Source: Polymyxa betae A26-41 (lineage: Eukaryota; Protista; Endomyxa: Phytomyxea). From it: a stretch of 64,000 bases of DNA. Made by a program: the position numbers and the translations under genes. The DNA lies in contig RBZT01000633.1 in NCBI GenBank assembly GCA_003693705.1, forward strand, positions 124,001 to 188,000, in the 5' to 3' direction. Below, piece after piece: positions 1 through 12,277 of this stretch. The stretch's first letter is position 1, and each line of letters starts with the position of its first letter. The notes beneath the pieces are model-generated. The model saw nothing but the letters and a program-made list of their open reading frames with translations. It ran no database searches and was not told the origin of the DNA.

Positions 1-1312
1 AAGATGCATAAGCTAGCAGCGAAATGTTATACTAATAAAAATATCAGGGGTTTTCTCGAAGTGCAAAAGTCAATTACTTGTTTGGCAACCGGTTCTGAAG
101 GGGGTTTGTTGTAGTCAAGAAGAGCTTCTATCAGCGAGATGTAAATTGAGTTTTCGCGTAACAACGACACAGGTGGAGGATCATTGCCGGAATATAGCGA
201 GTAAATATTCTTAACATCGGTGGCCGTCAAGCGCGAACCTTTCGCGACTGCGTTCAACGCCTGGTACATTTCTGCCAGCAGATCAGCGAGTCAATACATC
301 AATTGATAAAAAACCATTCGACCGGTATATTTTGGTGCGAGAGTTAATAACAAATTGACAGATTGGACTCGCGAACCGTGCTGCTCTTCAGCATGAGCTG
401 AAATGGCTTGCGACAGGTTCTGGAACAGGACGCCATGTGAGGGATGCTGAGCCAACGCAGATAGAATCAATTGAGCGAACACGTAGGCACTAAAGAGAAA
501 ATGCTTTCAGCATGTATGCAAACATAAGAAGATTGTACAGTATTACTCCTGTGTTTGACAACATAGTCTCTGTAGTTCAAGCACCGATCGTTGAAAATGT
601 TCTTGGTCGGATTTCGTCAGCGTCAACAGAAGAGCATCACGAAAAACGCTCTGAAACATCGCAAACTTCATATCGCCGGGCCTGAAAGCGAAGCACAATC
701 AACGAATGTGACACATGAAGAACCCTCCAACCTTGCAGCAACCGGTAGCTCATCTCCATGTCCTTCCTCACTGATTTTTCGTATAGCAAAATTTAACAAC
801 AGGCAGTTAGGATGTTCATGCGATAATGAATACAGAACCGATCGCCACGTGGAATCGCGAATCATGAAGCTCAGCCATTCGGGTTCTCCCTTTGAAAAAG
901 AAACTGTTCATAATTTTAATCTGCAGCAGTTGATGGAACCCAAACCTTGGTCGGGGCGCTGAAAATCGAATCGGCTTTTGTGACATCAAATTGCTGAACG
1001 GCAAGGTCCTTTAAATGGTTCATGACGATCTCATTGATCTCCTTTATACAGCATTTGTAAAAGTTTGCAATATCAACTGGGCAAACATACATCTTCAGAA
1101 TCGCCTAGAATGTCGGTGGCCCATGTTCCAAGTATATTGCAGATCTGGGCTCGGCCCTGATATGATTCGGCCAGCTGACGAATGGCTTCTTTGACCCGTT
1201 CTGGCTGGCTGAGAGGGCCACCGCCGCTGGAGATGAACGCCTTCAATTCGGCTAGCACGCCCGGCTCCATGATCGAGTCCGGCGCCGATAGCGCCGATCC
1301 CGACGACGTCAT
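1..1312 (-). CDS. NELFCD: Negative elongation factor C/D (TH1-like), multi-exon, 3' end beyond the window
   Basis: Spliced translation DSIMEPGVLAELKAFIS..AIRQLAESY..ADSIF..PEWLSFMIRDSTWRSVLYSLSHEHPNCLLLNFAIRKISEEG aligns by eye with TH1L (DYIMEP..ADSIF..PAWLEQMI..WRDLFYKLAEAHPDCLMLNF). GT-AG introns. Confidence 0.85.
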
Positions 1313-2807
1313 GGTCGCCGGCACGAGCTTCGACGACGGAGTTGCCGGAGACGATTCAACAATGACATTGATATTGGGACTCGACAATGTCTAAATGACT
1401 AATTGTCACGTATTATAGATCTTAGGGCTGTTTGTCTGCATATCTATAGTGAGGGATTTGCCGCTTGGAAATGGCGCCCAATTCCCAACTCACAACATCA
1501 TTCAGTGATGTAATGTTACAACATGCCTATGGAGGAGGCCGTCGTCAGTCTGGGCCATTCAATCATCTCTACATTTCGGGGAGCTTGCTGGCCTGACTTC
1601 GGAACGTTCATACTTCACAGATTCAGGTTCAGATGAATAGAAGACTATGATATCAGATTCGAATCGATTCTGAAACATTCGTTTTACACGAGTGACCAAA
1701 TGTCCATGGATATCAGAACTCTGTTTGATCGGTTTTTTGACAACCATTGTGCTGGTGCCTTGTTCTCTGATGAAGGTACGGCGCATAAACCCATCCAAAT
1801 CTGGTTCGAAAGGAATCAACACGTATGCAATTCGATGAACGTGGCAAGGCGTTTCCGCACGCGGGCAAGCTGGGACACCAAGACAAATTTCCAGCTATGA
1901 AGAATAAACACCTACAGTAAAGTTCCCGATACGTTTGATAATATCAAGTTCTAATGATTTTTGTGCTTTCGACGGAGAGAACGACTACAAGACAAAATTC
2001 GTGTGGCATTACACCGGCCCAAATTGAAAATCCAGAGACTGACATTAGGCCTGAGAAAGCAGAAAACCCACGACGGAAATTCAAGCTCAGTTACTTCAGA
2101 TGGCCATTTCGACCAACTTGGGTCTCTTTATAAGAAGTCCAGGTGACCAAAGCCTGCATGCCCTGAGTAGGATAAAAACGCTTTCGCATCGAAGTGTCGT
2201 GGCGACACTAACATTGTTATGGCAATGTCGAGATCAATGCAAACCGGTTGATAAATAGGTCAGAAAAATTGGATTGCAGAGCATCACTGCTGCCCACCTG
2301 AAACGATTGGGCTCTACTGCTGTGTAAAAAGGCCAACCAAACATCATTGCTGCAGAACATATGCAATTTCAGACTTTAGTTTGGCCGAGAAAATGATAAA
2401 AAAGCCAGCATTGATTATGAAGTCGATTCCCGAAACGGGTCGAAGGCTAGACTAATTCAATCCCCAGCCAAAGTATTATCCCAGGTCCAATAACGGTGGA
2501 CTGCAGCAACGAACAACGATTGAAGGCATATCGATCGACTTACTATCTCCAACTGAACAGAACGGCTTCAAAGAAGTTGCCCTAAGTTCGATGACGACAG
2601 CATTCATCTGCACCGCTGAAAGTTTTTGACAATTTTTCTGCTTTCTTCGAATGACTGGTGCGAATTTACTGCTGCGGAAAAAGCTTGTACGACATAGCGA
2701 TGCCGTCATGCCCTGTGTTGTTGGTTTGACGGGCAGCACCCCTAACTAATCGAGATTTTCTTGCAAGAGCGACGGGGCGGTCTACAATCCGATTTGCGGA
2801 TCGCCCA

Positions 2808-4201
2808 ATGAAGCTCGAGTTTTTGCGCTTCCAATGGAGCACATCGGCCGCCAAACAGTTGCATAGCAAATCTCGCACGACGCTGGCCCTGGTCCGGAAA
2901 TCGCTGCCTGACATCCCCTCCATTAACCTGAACGAATGGAGAGCCGCCATATCACAAAGACGATCGTGGCAAAAACGTCTTTTGGCATCGCAAGACGCTC
3001 TTTTGAAAAGGCAAAGTTTCACCAAAAACAACAAACCTTGAAAATCCTGATTTGCAGTTCAGGTATGTTCGAAGCCGATTTCGCCAGAAACTCGTCCAGA
3101 CCGGGTCGGCATCCCTGAATACGATCGAAATCCTGCCAGCTGAACCTGACAATGAAATCCCCATTGTTCTAACTCATGGATACGGATCGGGATCTGGGTT
3201 CTGGAGCATGACTCTGGATGAGCTCAGTGATCATGGCCGACGTCATGTTATCGCAGTCGATTGGAATGGAGTAAGGATAACCTAACTTCGCTTCCGTTAT
3301 GCTGATATTCAAGCGGTCAGATGGGAGCATCGGGTCGAAACCCGTTCTCAGCCGGCGAGGCGTATTTCATCGAACCGCTGGAAGAATGGCGCCGGATGAT
3401 GGGCTTAAAAAAGATGGTCCTGGTCGGGCACTCGTATGGAGGCCTGCTATCAGCAGCGTACGCCATCAAGTACCCGGAGGCGGTCGCGAATCTGATTCTG
3501 GTGTCGCCGGCCGGGCTGTTGCCGGTCCCGGCATCGTCACAGACGCCAGTGGCGGCGACTCTGGGCAGACGCCTCGTGGCTTCCGGCTGGGCGAACAATA
3601 TCACACCGCAGGCGATTATCAGGGCAGCTGGGCCTTGGGGCTATCGCCTCACTGAGCAGGCCGTTCGAGCTCGGTTTCGCCATCTGAATGCAGGCGACAT
3701 TAGACTCATCACAAACTATCTATATGAAATATCGGCTGCACCTCCAGTAAGTCGTCAATTTGACACGTTTCAACTTTTGAAATTTTTTTAAATTTTTTCA
3801 TCCTTAATACCACGCTTAGCGCGCCTTTTCGTCTTTCACATTCGCAATTTTTCTATTAAGCTCATTCTACGACTTTCAACTCCTAAATATTGGCGGTGTA
3901 TTGATTGTTGTAGGGCGGCGAAAAATCGCTGAAGACTCTCTTGGTGCTAACCAAAGACCATCATGGCGTGTTCGCTCGAAATCCCATTGGATCGCGGCTA
4001 CTCCAGGACTTGCCGGATTCGATTCCGATCACAATAATGTTCGGCGATCGCGACTGGATGTTCAACAACGCCATCCCGGAACTGTCCCTGATCCGATCTG
4101 GCCGGGCCAGGCTCGTCACGATCGAACGTAGTGGCCATCATTTATATATGGAGAACATCAGGCGGTTTGTCGAGGCCGTCAACGAGGCAGCAAAACCGTA
4201 A
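2808..4201 (+). CDS. Alpha/beta hydrolase, ABHD4/ABHD5/Cld1 family, 4 exons, basic N-terminal leader
   Basis: Motifs HGYG, GHSYGG, LILVSPAG, FGDRDWM, GHHLY. Introns 3011-3062 (GC-AG), 3271-3320, 3747-3913. Confidence 0.85.
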
Positions 4202-4395
4202 GACGCCCAGTAGATTCCTCCATGAACCTTCTAAGGCCAGTTGACTTTCCGTGCTATTGAAGGCCTGGACAATGTTCGACAACGTTAATATTACGACCAA
4301 ATTGATACAATTTCTATAGCTAATGTAACGCGAACATTCTTGGCAACTCGAAAGAATATATTCGAAATGACGAAGAGAGAAATGTGCGCGGAGAA

Positions 4396-6817
4396 ATGGA
4401 AACTGCGCTGTGCGTGGCGAGGCCTCCATTGAGCCTGCTTCTGCTGCCTTCTCTGAAATGGATCGTCCAAATCTTGATCATCTTGTGCAGATCTATAACC
4501 AATGGAGGGCCGATTCATCCCTCCAGGTCCCCGATTTCCTTCAGATCGCCGCTGCTGCCGTTGATAAGTTCATCGAAGACAATTATGTCTCGGCATTCCA
4601 ACAGGAACAGTTCGCCCAGGAGGGCTCACTGGAGATCGACGGTGACGACATCATCGTTCCGGTTCGTAATCGAGGCCTTCTTCTTTTAGCAGAATCGCTT
4701 GTTGAAGGCAACCAAGACCCAGCTGCGGCTCGCCTCTCGCTGCATTGTGCCGTCCTGCATCAATCGCTGCTCTCATCTCCATCGCCTTCGCTGCTAAAGC
4801 GAATTGACGCCGCTATCTCAGTTCTGTCGAACGGCGACCTCGATGGTCGATTAGTTGTGGAAATCGCCGTCGCTTTGATTGGTGCCGGGCAACATGTTCG
4901 TGCGAAGACCTTCATTGAGAAGGCGCAGGTTGCTACCGGCTTGAAAGCGACGTTAACGGGCGCCATGGGAAAGCGAACGAAGTTCCAGAAAGAAGATCGC
5001 GCCCAGCTTGTTGTTCGTATTGAGACCGAAGACCGCTCCGAGCGATCTGAAGCGGATGCATTCCCGGGTTTGATTGATCAAATGCTGGAAGACGATACTC
5101 TTTTAGAAGAGATTCAGTTCAGCACTCCTGAAGAGTATCATGTGCCGGTTTTATCCCCTGTTCAAACAGCTATCATGCTCGCCTGCGCTGATATTGTCGA
5201 TTATGAGGTCGATTCTCGTTTCGTGTTTTCTTGTTCATTATGTTACAGAGTCTCTCTCCCCCCAATTATTTTGTCTGGCACTGCTGTGCTTTTTTATAAG
5301 AACGAATGCCATTTGATGTTTTCTGCACTGTTTCGGTGATCTGAACCTGTTACAGAACTTGGTGGATGATATCAAGAGGCTGGAGCAGCTGGCGTATCTC
5401 GAGCACAGCCTGAAATCATCATTATGGAGCGTCCGTCTGCGCTCCCTACTTCGGCGCTCGATTCTCGAAGGCAACGATATCCATCGCCGGATTCGCAGCC
5501 TGCGCCAGCTTGAGTCGCTTGTCGTCGTCGCCTCCGAACGCAACCAACCTGAACGGCACGACGACTTCTTCCTCGCCCTTCCCGTCTCGGTTGCAGCGTT
5601 GAAACTTTCGCTCGCCAAACAACACGAGATAATGCTGCTGAATTCTTCGGTACGGCGTCCATACTGGCCCGTCCGTCGGATTGGCTGATGGGTGAATGCT
5701 TTGTTTGCAGGCTCTGGCGATCTATTCGGAGTTGGATATCTGGGAGCCTATGATGCGGCTGCATGTCAAGCTCGGACGCAGCACAGAAGCGCAGCAGATG
5801 CTGAAGGATAAGATGGAGCGCAATGGGCCAACACCGCGCCTGCAGTGCATCCTCGGTGACGTTACCATGGACCCGGAGTGGTACGAAGCCGCCTGGCGCC
5901 TTTCAAACCAGCGCTATTCGCGAGCTCAGCGTTCGCTTGCCGAACGATCGTTCACGCTGCAGAAATGGGCCGATACGATCGAGCATTATCGCCTCGCTCT
6001 GGCCATCAACCCGATCTTCCCACATGCCTGGTTTAAGATGGGTTATGCTGCCCTTCAGCTGAACGACTATACGACCGCAGCCATGGCTTTCTCACGAAGT
6101 GTCAATCTTCGCCCAGATGACGGAGATGCCCAGAACAACCTGGCCGCCGCCTACCTGGAGACGAAACAGATGCCGCTGGCGTTCCAAGCTTTGAAAGCGT
6201 GCGTTCGTCTAAAAAGCGGCGAATGGAAGGTCTGGGATAATTACCTGACCGCTGCTATGGGCGTCTCCGATCTGCAAGCGGCAGCCTACGCGTTCTCAAA
6301 GGTTCTCGAGCTGCAGCACTCCAAAATCGATGCCCAGCTACTGAAGACGTTTTGCGACGCCGTCGTCGAAAAGCGTGGCGACGACTTCCTGCAAAGGCGC
6401 ACGAAAGAACTGCTGCACGATATCTGTAACCAGATCACCGATAATGCCGATCTGTTTGGAGTCGCGAGCGAATTCTTCGCATCTATGGGTGACAATGACG
6501 TCGCCGCCGATTTCTGCTATAAGCAGTGCCTGGCTTTGGAGAGTCCAGACGACTGGTCTCGAGATTTGACATCGTTCACTCGCCTGGTCAACGTTCTGGC
6601 CGAGTTTGTCAACCTCAACAACGCTGGTCGCAAAGCGCGTCTATTGCTGCAACGGGTTCTGTCGAACGCTGCGAAGTGTCCCAATCTGCCTTCGTCATCG
6701 GTCGACAATCTTCGTGATTTGCTGTCACGCTGTGGCAGTCAGACATCGGCGGCTGCTGAACAGAAAAAGATGTCATCATCAGATGTTTCAGATATCTATG
6801 TATCTGATTATATATGA
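4396..6817 (+). CDS. TTC27: TPR protein TTC27/Emw1 (start uncertain: 4396 with a frameshift, or 4458)
   Basis: LTGAMGKRTKFQ and DDTLLEEIQF signatures, WYEAAW..S..RYSRAQRSL, C-terminal TPRs. Introns 5209-5355 and 5650-5710. Confidence 0.88.
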
Positions 6818-7500
6818 GTAAACGACATTGCTAAAACGTGAGCGAGGGTCGATGTGGTCACTGGCTGTTTAGATGCCATTACAAGACGCCTCCGACAAGG
6901 TCGTTCGTAAACTCAGATGATCTGTTCACTTTTCGGCAATATGGCCTTGGTCATTTGTCACAGAACTCGCTCATAATCTGACAATGGAGAGATTAGAAGT
7001 TGCCTTCGTTCGTTTGTGTTTCAGACCTGTCAGTCAGAAGTTGCATGTGAAGGTACCTGATGTTCAGGGTTAGCTGTGCTTTGTTTCAATGTTCGATTAG
7101 ATACCCAATACACTAATCGGTCGCAGAAACAGACCTGATTTGCATTCGGCTGTTGCTGCCGTGAATTTCGGTACACAAGAGGTAGGGACTTCATTCGCTT
7201 CTGAAACTGTGATATGCTAATCATACGATGGGTCAGATTGCTTCAATTCACTCTGTTTCGGAAAACGATTACATCCATGAGAATCGTAATGCCTTCCTGC
7301 ATCGCAATGCATTGTAGATTAGATCCACTTAGCTTTACGATGTATCTACGAAGATCGATCAATGGCGTCTGCTTGAACAGTTCACAGCGGAATGAATCTT
7401 CTTTATTCTGTTTCGTAAACAGTTCTCTATGACGGAATGAGAGCCAACTGGCTGAATTGACACGTTTGTGTTTAGCCATAGTATAGATAGCTTGATGGGT

Positions 7501-8460
7501 TTAGGCGGGCAAGGCTGCGGCTCCAGCACCATAATGACCTTCGCCTTCTCTGCCCCCGTTCGATTTTGCCTCCATCAGCGACCATGCCACTAGCAATGGA
7601 ATCGTTGTGGCCACCATTGCTGCATTGAACGAGAATGTGGCGATGTACAGCCCCGACCATGGATCAGCGACGTTGCCCATGTATCGGCTGACGAAATTGA
7701 AGACCCATTTGCCAGACATGAACACCAAAGCCAGCGACGCCCCGAATAAAGCTCCCAGAGCAAGGTGCGTCTTCAGATAATGCAGACGAACCAGATAGGC
7801 GTAAATCAGGACGCTGATATACGCCACAGCATTGATAATGAGAGCGAATCCCTGCTGGCTTTGAACCTTAATAATCAACCACAACATACAGATTGCTGAA
7901 GCTAAAGTCGCTATTGACCATATCAGCGCTATGGACAGTTCGAAGGCTTTGAACCCTTTCGTGAACCATCGGGCGCTGACCGTCACCTTCTCAGCAGATG
8001 GTCGTGAAAGCAATGTCCAGTAGATGAAGATTCCACAGAAGATGAGCCCGCCCATAACGGCGCTTAACACCGATACACCTGCGAATGTAGCTGAGGGTGC
8101 ACTCCACCAAGCTGACGATTCGCCGATCATGAACAAGGCGAACGGATAGCTGAATCCGACCAAGACTCCATGCAGGAAAGCGTAATTATGATGTCGGAAA
8201 TCGGGAGCCGCGAACATGACGGCGATGGCGGTCAACAGGTATATCAGAATCATAGCGAGAAAGAAGCAATGCTCGACAATCGTGTAAGTGATGGTTTGAG
8301 CACCGGTTCGCCAGGCTAATACAGGTGATGTGACCATGCCTGCGATTATGAACAGGAGTAGAATGATGAGCCCGATGATGGCTAAGGCGGCGTATAATCG
8401 CGACATGGCCAGACAACGTTCTGCCCATATCCGGTCTTCATTTGAGACGCTGGTTTTCAT
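7501..8460 (-). CDS. Multi-pass membrane protein of unknown function
   Basis: Long ORF with about 8 hydrophobic segments; ATG at 8460 chosen; no family recognised. Confidence 0.65.
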   Translation of the reverse strand: MKTSVSNEDRIWAERCLAMSRLYAALAIIGLIILLLFIIAGMVTSPVLAWRTGAQTITYTIVEHCFFLAMILIYLLTAIAVMFAAPDFRHHNYAFLHGVLVGFSYPFALFMIGESSAWWSAPSATFAGVSVLSAVMGGLIFCGIFIYWTLLSRPSAEKVTVSARWFTKGFKAFELSIALIWSIATLASAICMLWLIIKVQSQQGFALIINAVAYISVLIYAYLVRLHYLKTHLALGALFGASLALVFMSGKWVFNFVSRYMGNVADPWSGLYIATFSFNAAMVATTIPLLVAWSLMEAKSNGGREGEGHYGAGAAALPA

Positions 8461-8880
8461 CCTGGAAATGGTTTGAAATGAATGCGGCTGGCTCGGAACC
8501 AGTGCCGATTTATTTGAAGCTCGTCGGCCGACTGACCAATACGGTCCGTTCGTGTTGATAGAGAGAAATTCCAAAAATATTTTCTTGAAATATAGGCTGG
8601 AAACGATCGCTGCTAATAGATCGATCTGAAGGACGTAGCTTTGTTGATGAAGGCAGGGTTAATACATCGGGGCGGTCAACAGAAAGGGCGGCTAATCGCT
8701 TATCATATGTAAATCCGATAGCGAATTGGCTAAAGCAGCCAATCAGCAAATATAAGAAAGTAAACAGGTGGCACATTGCGGTATGGGATTTAGGGCTAGG
8801 GTTTGGAAGACTCTTGATGGCCGATTTATGTTACTTGCTAGACATGATCTCTTCAGTCCTCTGATAAATCATTCAGCCAA

Positions 8881-10688
8881 ATGCCTCTGGACAGATATGA
8901 TGCAATGCTGTTGGGCATGGCCATCGCTTACATCGTCGTCTGTCCCTTCACCAAGGTCGAAGAGAGCTTCAACGTTCAAGCCACACACGATCTTATCTAT
9001 CATCGCTTCAATTTAGATCGGGTTGATTCGTATTCCTTTCCTCGTTTCTCGCTCACATGTTTTTAGTATGATCATTTTGAGTTTCCAGGGGTGGTTCCTC
9101 GAACGTTTTTGGCTCCAATTGTGCTATCGTTATTAGCTACACCTTTCGTTTATTTGCAGCAATCGCTTGGTAATAATTCAAGAACGTTGTGAAGATCGCG
9201 TGTGAATCGGTTCTCAGATTTGCCCAAACTGCTCACGTTATATGTAGTTCGAATAATCCTTGCGTTCATATCAGTTGTCAGCATTGGTATGTTTCGTCGG
9301 GCGTTAGTCAGACAAACCCATGATAGAGCGCTCGGTATGCTGATATCGTTAGTATGTGTGAAAGATCGAAACAGTTTGTCATCCATTCCTGATCATTTCT
9401 TGCAGCTAACAGCGTGTCAGTTTCATATCTTATTCTATTGTAGCAGATTGCTACCAAACACTATCTCGCTGATAATCTGTAATCTAGCACACAGCGCATG
9501 GCTATCGCAAAAGTGCTATCTCGCTCTGAGTTTGTTTGCTTTTAACTCAGTTGTTTTCCGAAGGTACAGAACTCAGCTTCGTCGGAACCCAATTAAACGT
9601 AGTTTAGTGACTGTGCTGTCTTTGCATTCCCTCAACTCTTGTTGTTGCTGTTTCGAGGCAAGATGCAACTGCAGCGTTTATTCACTGTGGGAATTGCGGC
9701 TACGATTGTGAGCGCTTCTATCACAACTTTGGTAGATTCGGTTTTCTGGAGACGGCTGATATGGCCTGAACTAAACGTTTTCGCTTTCAACGTGATCGAG
9801 AATAAGAGCTCGGAATGGGGTGTTTACCCGTTTCACTCGTACTTCACGAGTTTCTTGTTGGAAGATTTCCTGCCAATTTTTTGTCAAGGACTGACGCTCT
9901 CGCAGGCCAAAGGCTCTTCTCGCTGCAGCAGTCTTCATTCCGTTTGGGGTGCTCACTACTCTGCCGAGCACTGGCGTCTTGAAACAGGCACATTTTCGTA
10001 TCAACATAAGTATCATCGAGGGAACTAATCACCGCTTGAACTAAGTTTACGCTTAGACCAACATGCTGTCAACATTGCATTTCCAGCTACGGTTTCAGTT
10101 ATTCTGTACTCGTTCCTACCTCATAAGGAAATCCGATTTCTGTTCCCCGTTCTACTTCCTCTGAACGCTGTTGCCGCTATGGGTAAAGCAACACCTCATT
10201 CGAGTACAGTTAGCTGAAGTACTTTAGGGATTCTTTCCATTTACCGGAGCTGTAAACAGAAGAACATTCGTTCTGTATTTTCTCTGTTTGTGTTCCTGTT
10301 AATGATTGCCACTTTGATGGGATCTCTGCTCTTCCTGTACGCATCAAAATTCAATTATCCAGGAGGATGGGCATTCCATGAGTTTCACAAGCACACCAAT
10401 GGAAATGTATCCGTTCATATCGATAACTTAGCGGCCATCAGCGGTGTTTCGCGATTCGGAGAGATGGACAATAGATCTATTGTTTATAGCAAAGCTGAAG
10501 GCCTCTCTAGCAGTGATCTTGAACGAAGCAATTTCGACTTTCTTATTCACGAAACTACGGTTGCCGGTTATCAAGTCATCGCATCGGTCGATGGCTTTAC
10601 AGGATTTAACTTCAGAAGTATTCCGCCTAAACTGTTGCTGTCGCCAAAATTGCATATTTTGAAAAGAAAATCAACAAACAATCCTTAA
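8881..10688 (+). CDS. ALG12: Alpha-1,6-mannosyltransferase ALG12 (GT22), multi-exon
   Basis: [51 protein letters not shown] motifs. Confidence 0.93.
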
Positions 10689-10710
10689 TGAAAGATATCG
10701 ATTTCATGAT

Positions 10711-12097
10711 TTATTTATTTTCCACTTTACAGGGTTTCAGAATGCCCTTTGGCTTCCACAAATTCGAATCCTTCAACATTTTTCGTTTGGCCTTTTTGCC
10801 AACTACCCAGTTGGCATGGACAATTACTGGTGACCTTTTAGGCACATATGTGTCTTTATTCTTCCACCGAGCATCATTCTTAAAGTACATATATCCTGGA
10901 GGATAGGCATCTCTTTCAGCAATTTTATATCTAATCAAAGCAATGGTTAATTATGCAGATAGATTGAGACGGCGACTGCCTACTTGATCCTAACATTGTG
11001 ATTTTTGTCGGCTTCATTGTTCCATTTATGCAGCGCGTCACTGAAACTGGCTTGATTTACATCGGCATTGATCTCAACAAGAATCTTGTGCCAGTTTTCT
11101 AACAACCTGATTGTAGGGTATGTTGCTTCTAAGTAAAGCATTCCTGTGCATATATTGTGATCGCCAATATCGTCATCCGGGCTTTCCGGATGCGAATCAG
11201 TTGCGCCCTGCAGAAAGAATCAACGCTGCTGTCATGAAAAACAGTATTTGCAAACCTGAAGGTCATAATCGCCTTGTCGAATTTCATCAAATGGGTTCTT
11301 CATCCAATAGGTGTCAATATCAGAATAAAATATCGTGTAACCTGAATGTGGCCGTCAATATATCAAGTAAACATGCCTAATTCGATGATAACAGGGTACC
11401 TTGTTTAAGAAAAGGAAGCAGCAAAAGCGGACGAGATCTGACAACATTGCCAAATTCTTGCGATCCATAATTTCTTGCTTTGGGATCCGGATCTTCAACA
11501 ACGGCTTCCGCAGGTTTGTTCTCTGCAGAGGCGGCAAACGACAAGATAGTATGTTCTGGATATGTTTGCATTAGAACGTCATAGCTACAACAGCAAATTC
11601 AGATGACGGCAACGATGTCGAGAGAGCAATTACGCGTTCTGGTCAAGAGCAATTAGGATGTAATTAGTGATCCCAAGTGCTTCCAGCGATGCAAGCCAGT
11701 TATCAACAAAATCCAAATACCTTAACATTGACAAGATTAAGTCAAGCAATTGACATGAAACTAGCAGAACCAACCCGCAGTTGACCGCAGCTACAATGAG
11801 TCTATTAGCGATAGCATTGTTGGCCAATATTTCTGGGTCTGGCCATATCTGAGTTCTATTGGGAGCGCCAGAAAACTCCACCCTCTCTGTCACAAGGCCA
11901 TTTTTACCATCTCGCATCTGTACAACATGAGAAACAGAAATAGGAAGAACTCGAAGTATGACTTGGACGAACAGTACGAAAACGACAATGGTGGCGAGGG
12001 CGCTGAAAATCACGAATTGCATGATCCGATCACGCCGCGGTGCTTTCGAGTAGGCGACGAACAGACCACGATCTGATGATCGCCTCATGTCAATCAT
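10711..12097 (-). CDS. Type II membrane nucleotide-diphospho-sugar transferase (GT77-like), multi-exon
   Basis: N-terminal TM; NCGYLDFVDNWLASL..NYILIALD; YSDID (DxD); VHANWVVGKKAKRKMLKDSNLW. Confidence 0.8.
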
Positions 12098-12277
12098 TTA
12101 CCAAACAGTGATGGGCCCAGGTTGGGCAATAAATGGGGTCTACAAGCAGTAGGTTGCAGCGACCCCAGTGACGATCACACCAGTTTACGTTAAACCTTAA
12201 ACCCTAGTCCGATGCAAACCCTCTTTGCTCTTTGATAATAATCGCGACGAGGAAAGCTTCACTTATTCGATTGAAAA

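Noticed and set aside
1400-2800. Short ORFs between NELF-C/D and the lipase gene
   Set aside because: No motifs or consistent splice structure found.
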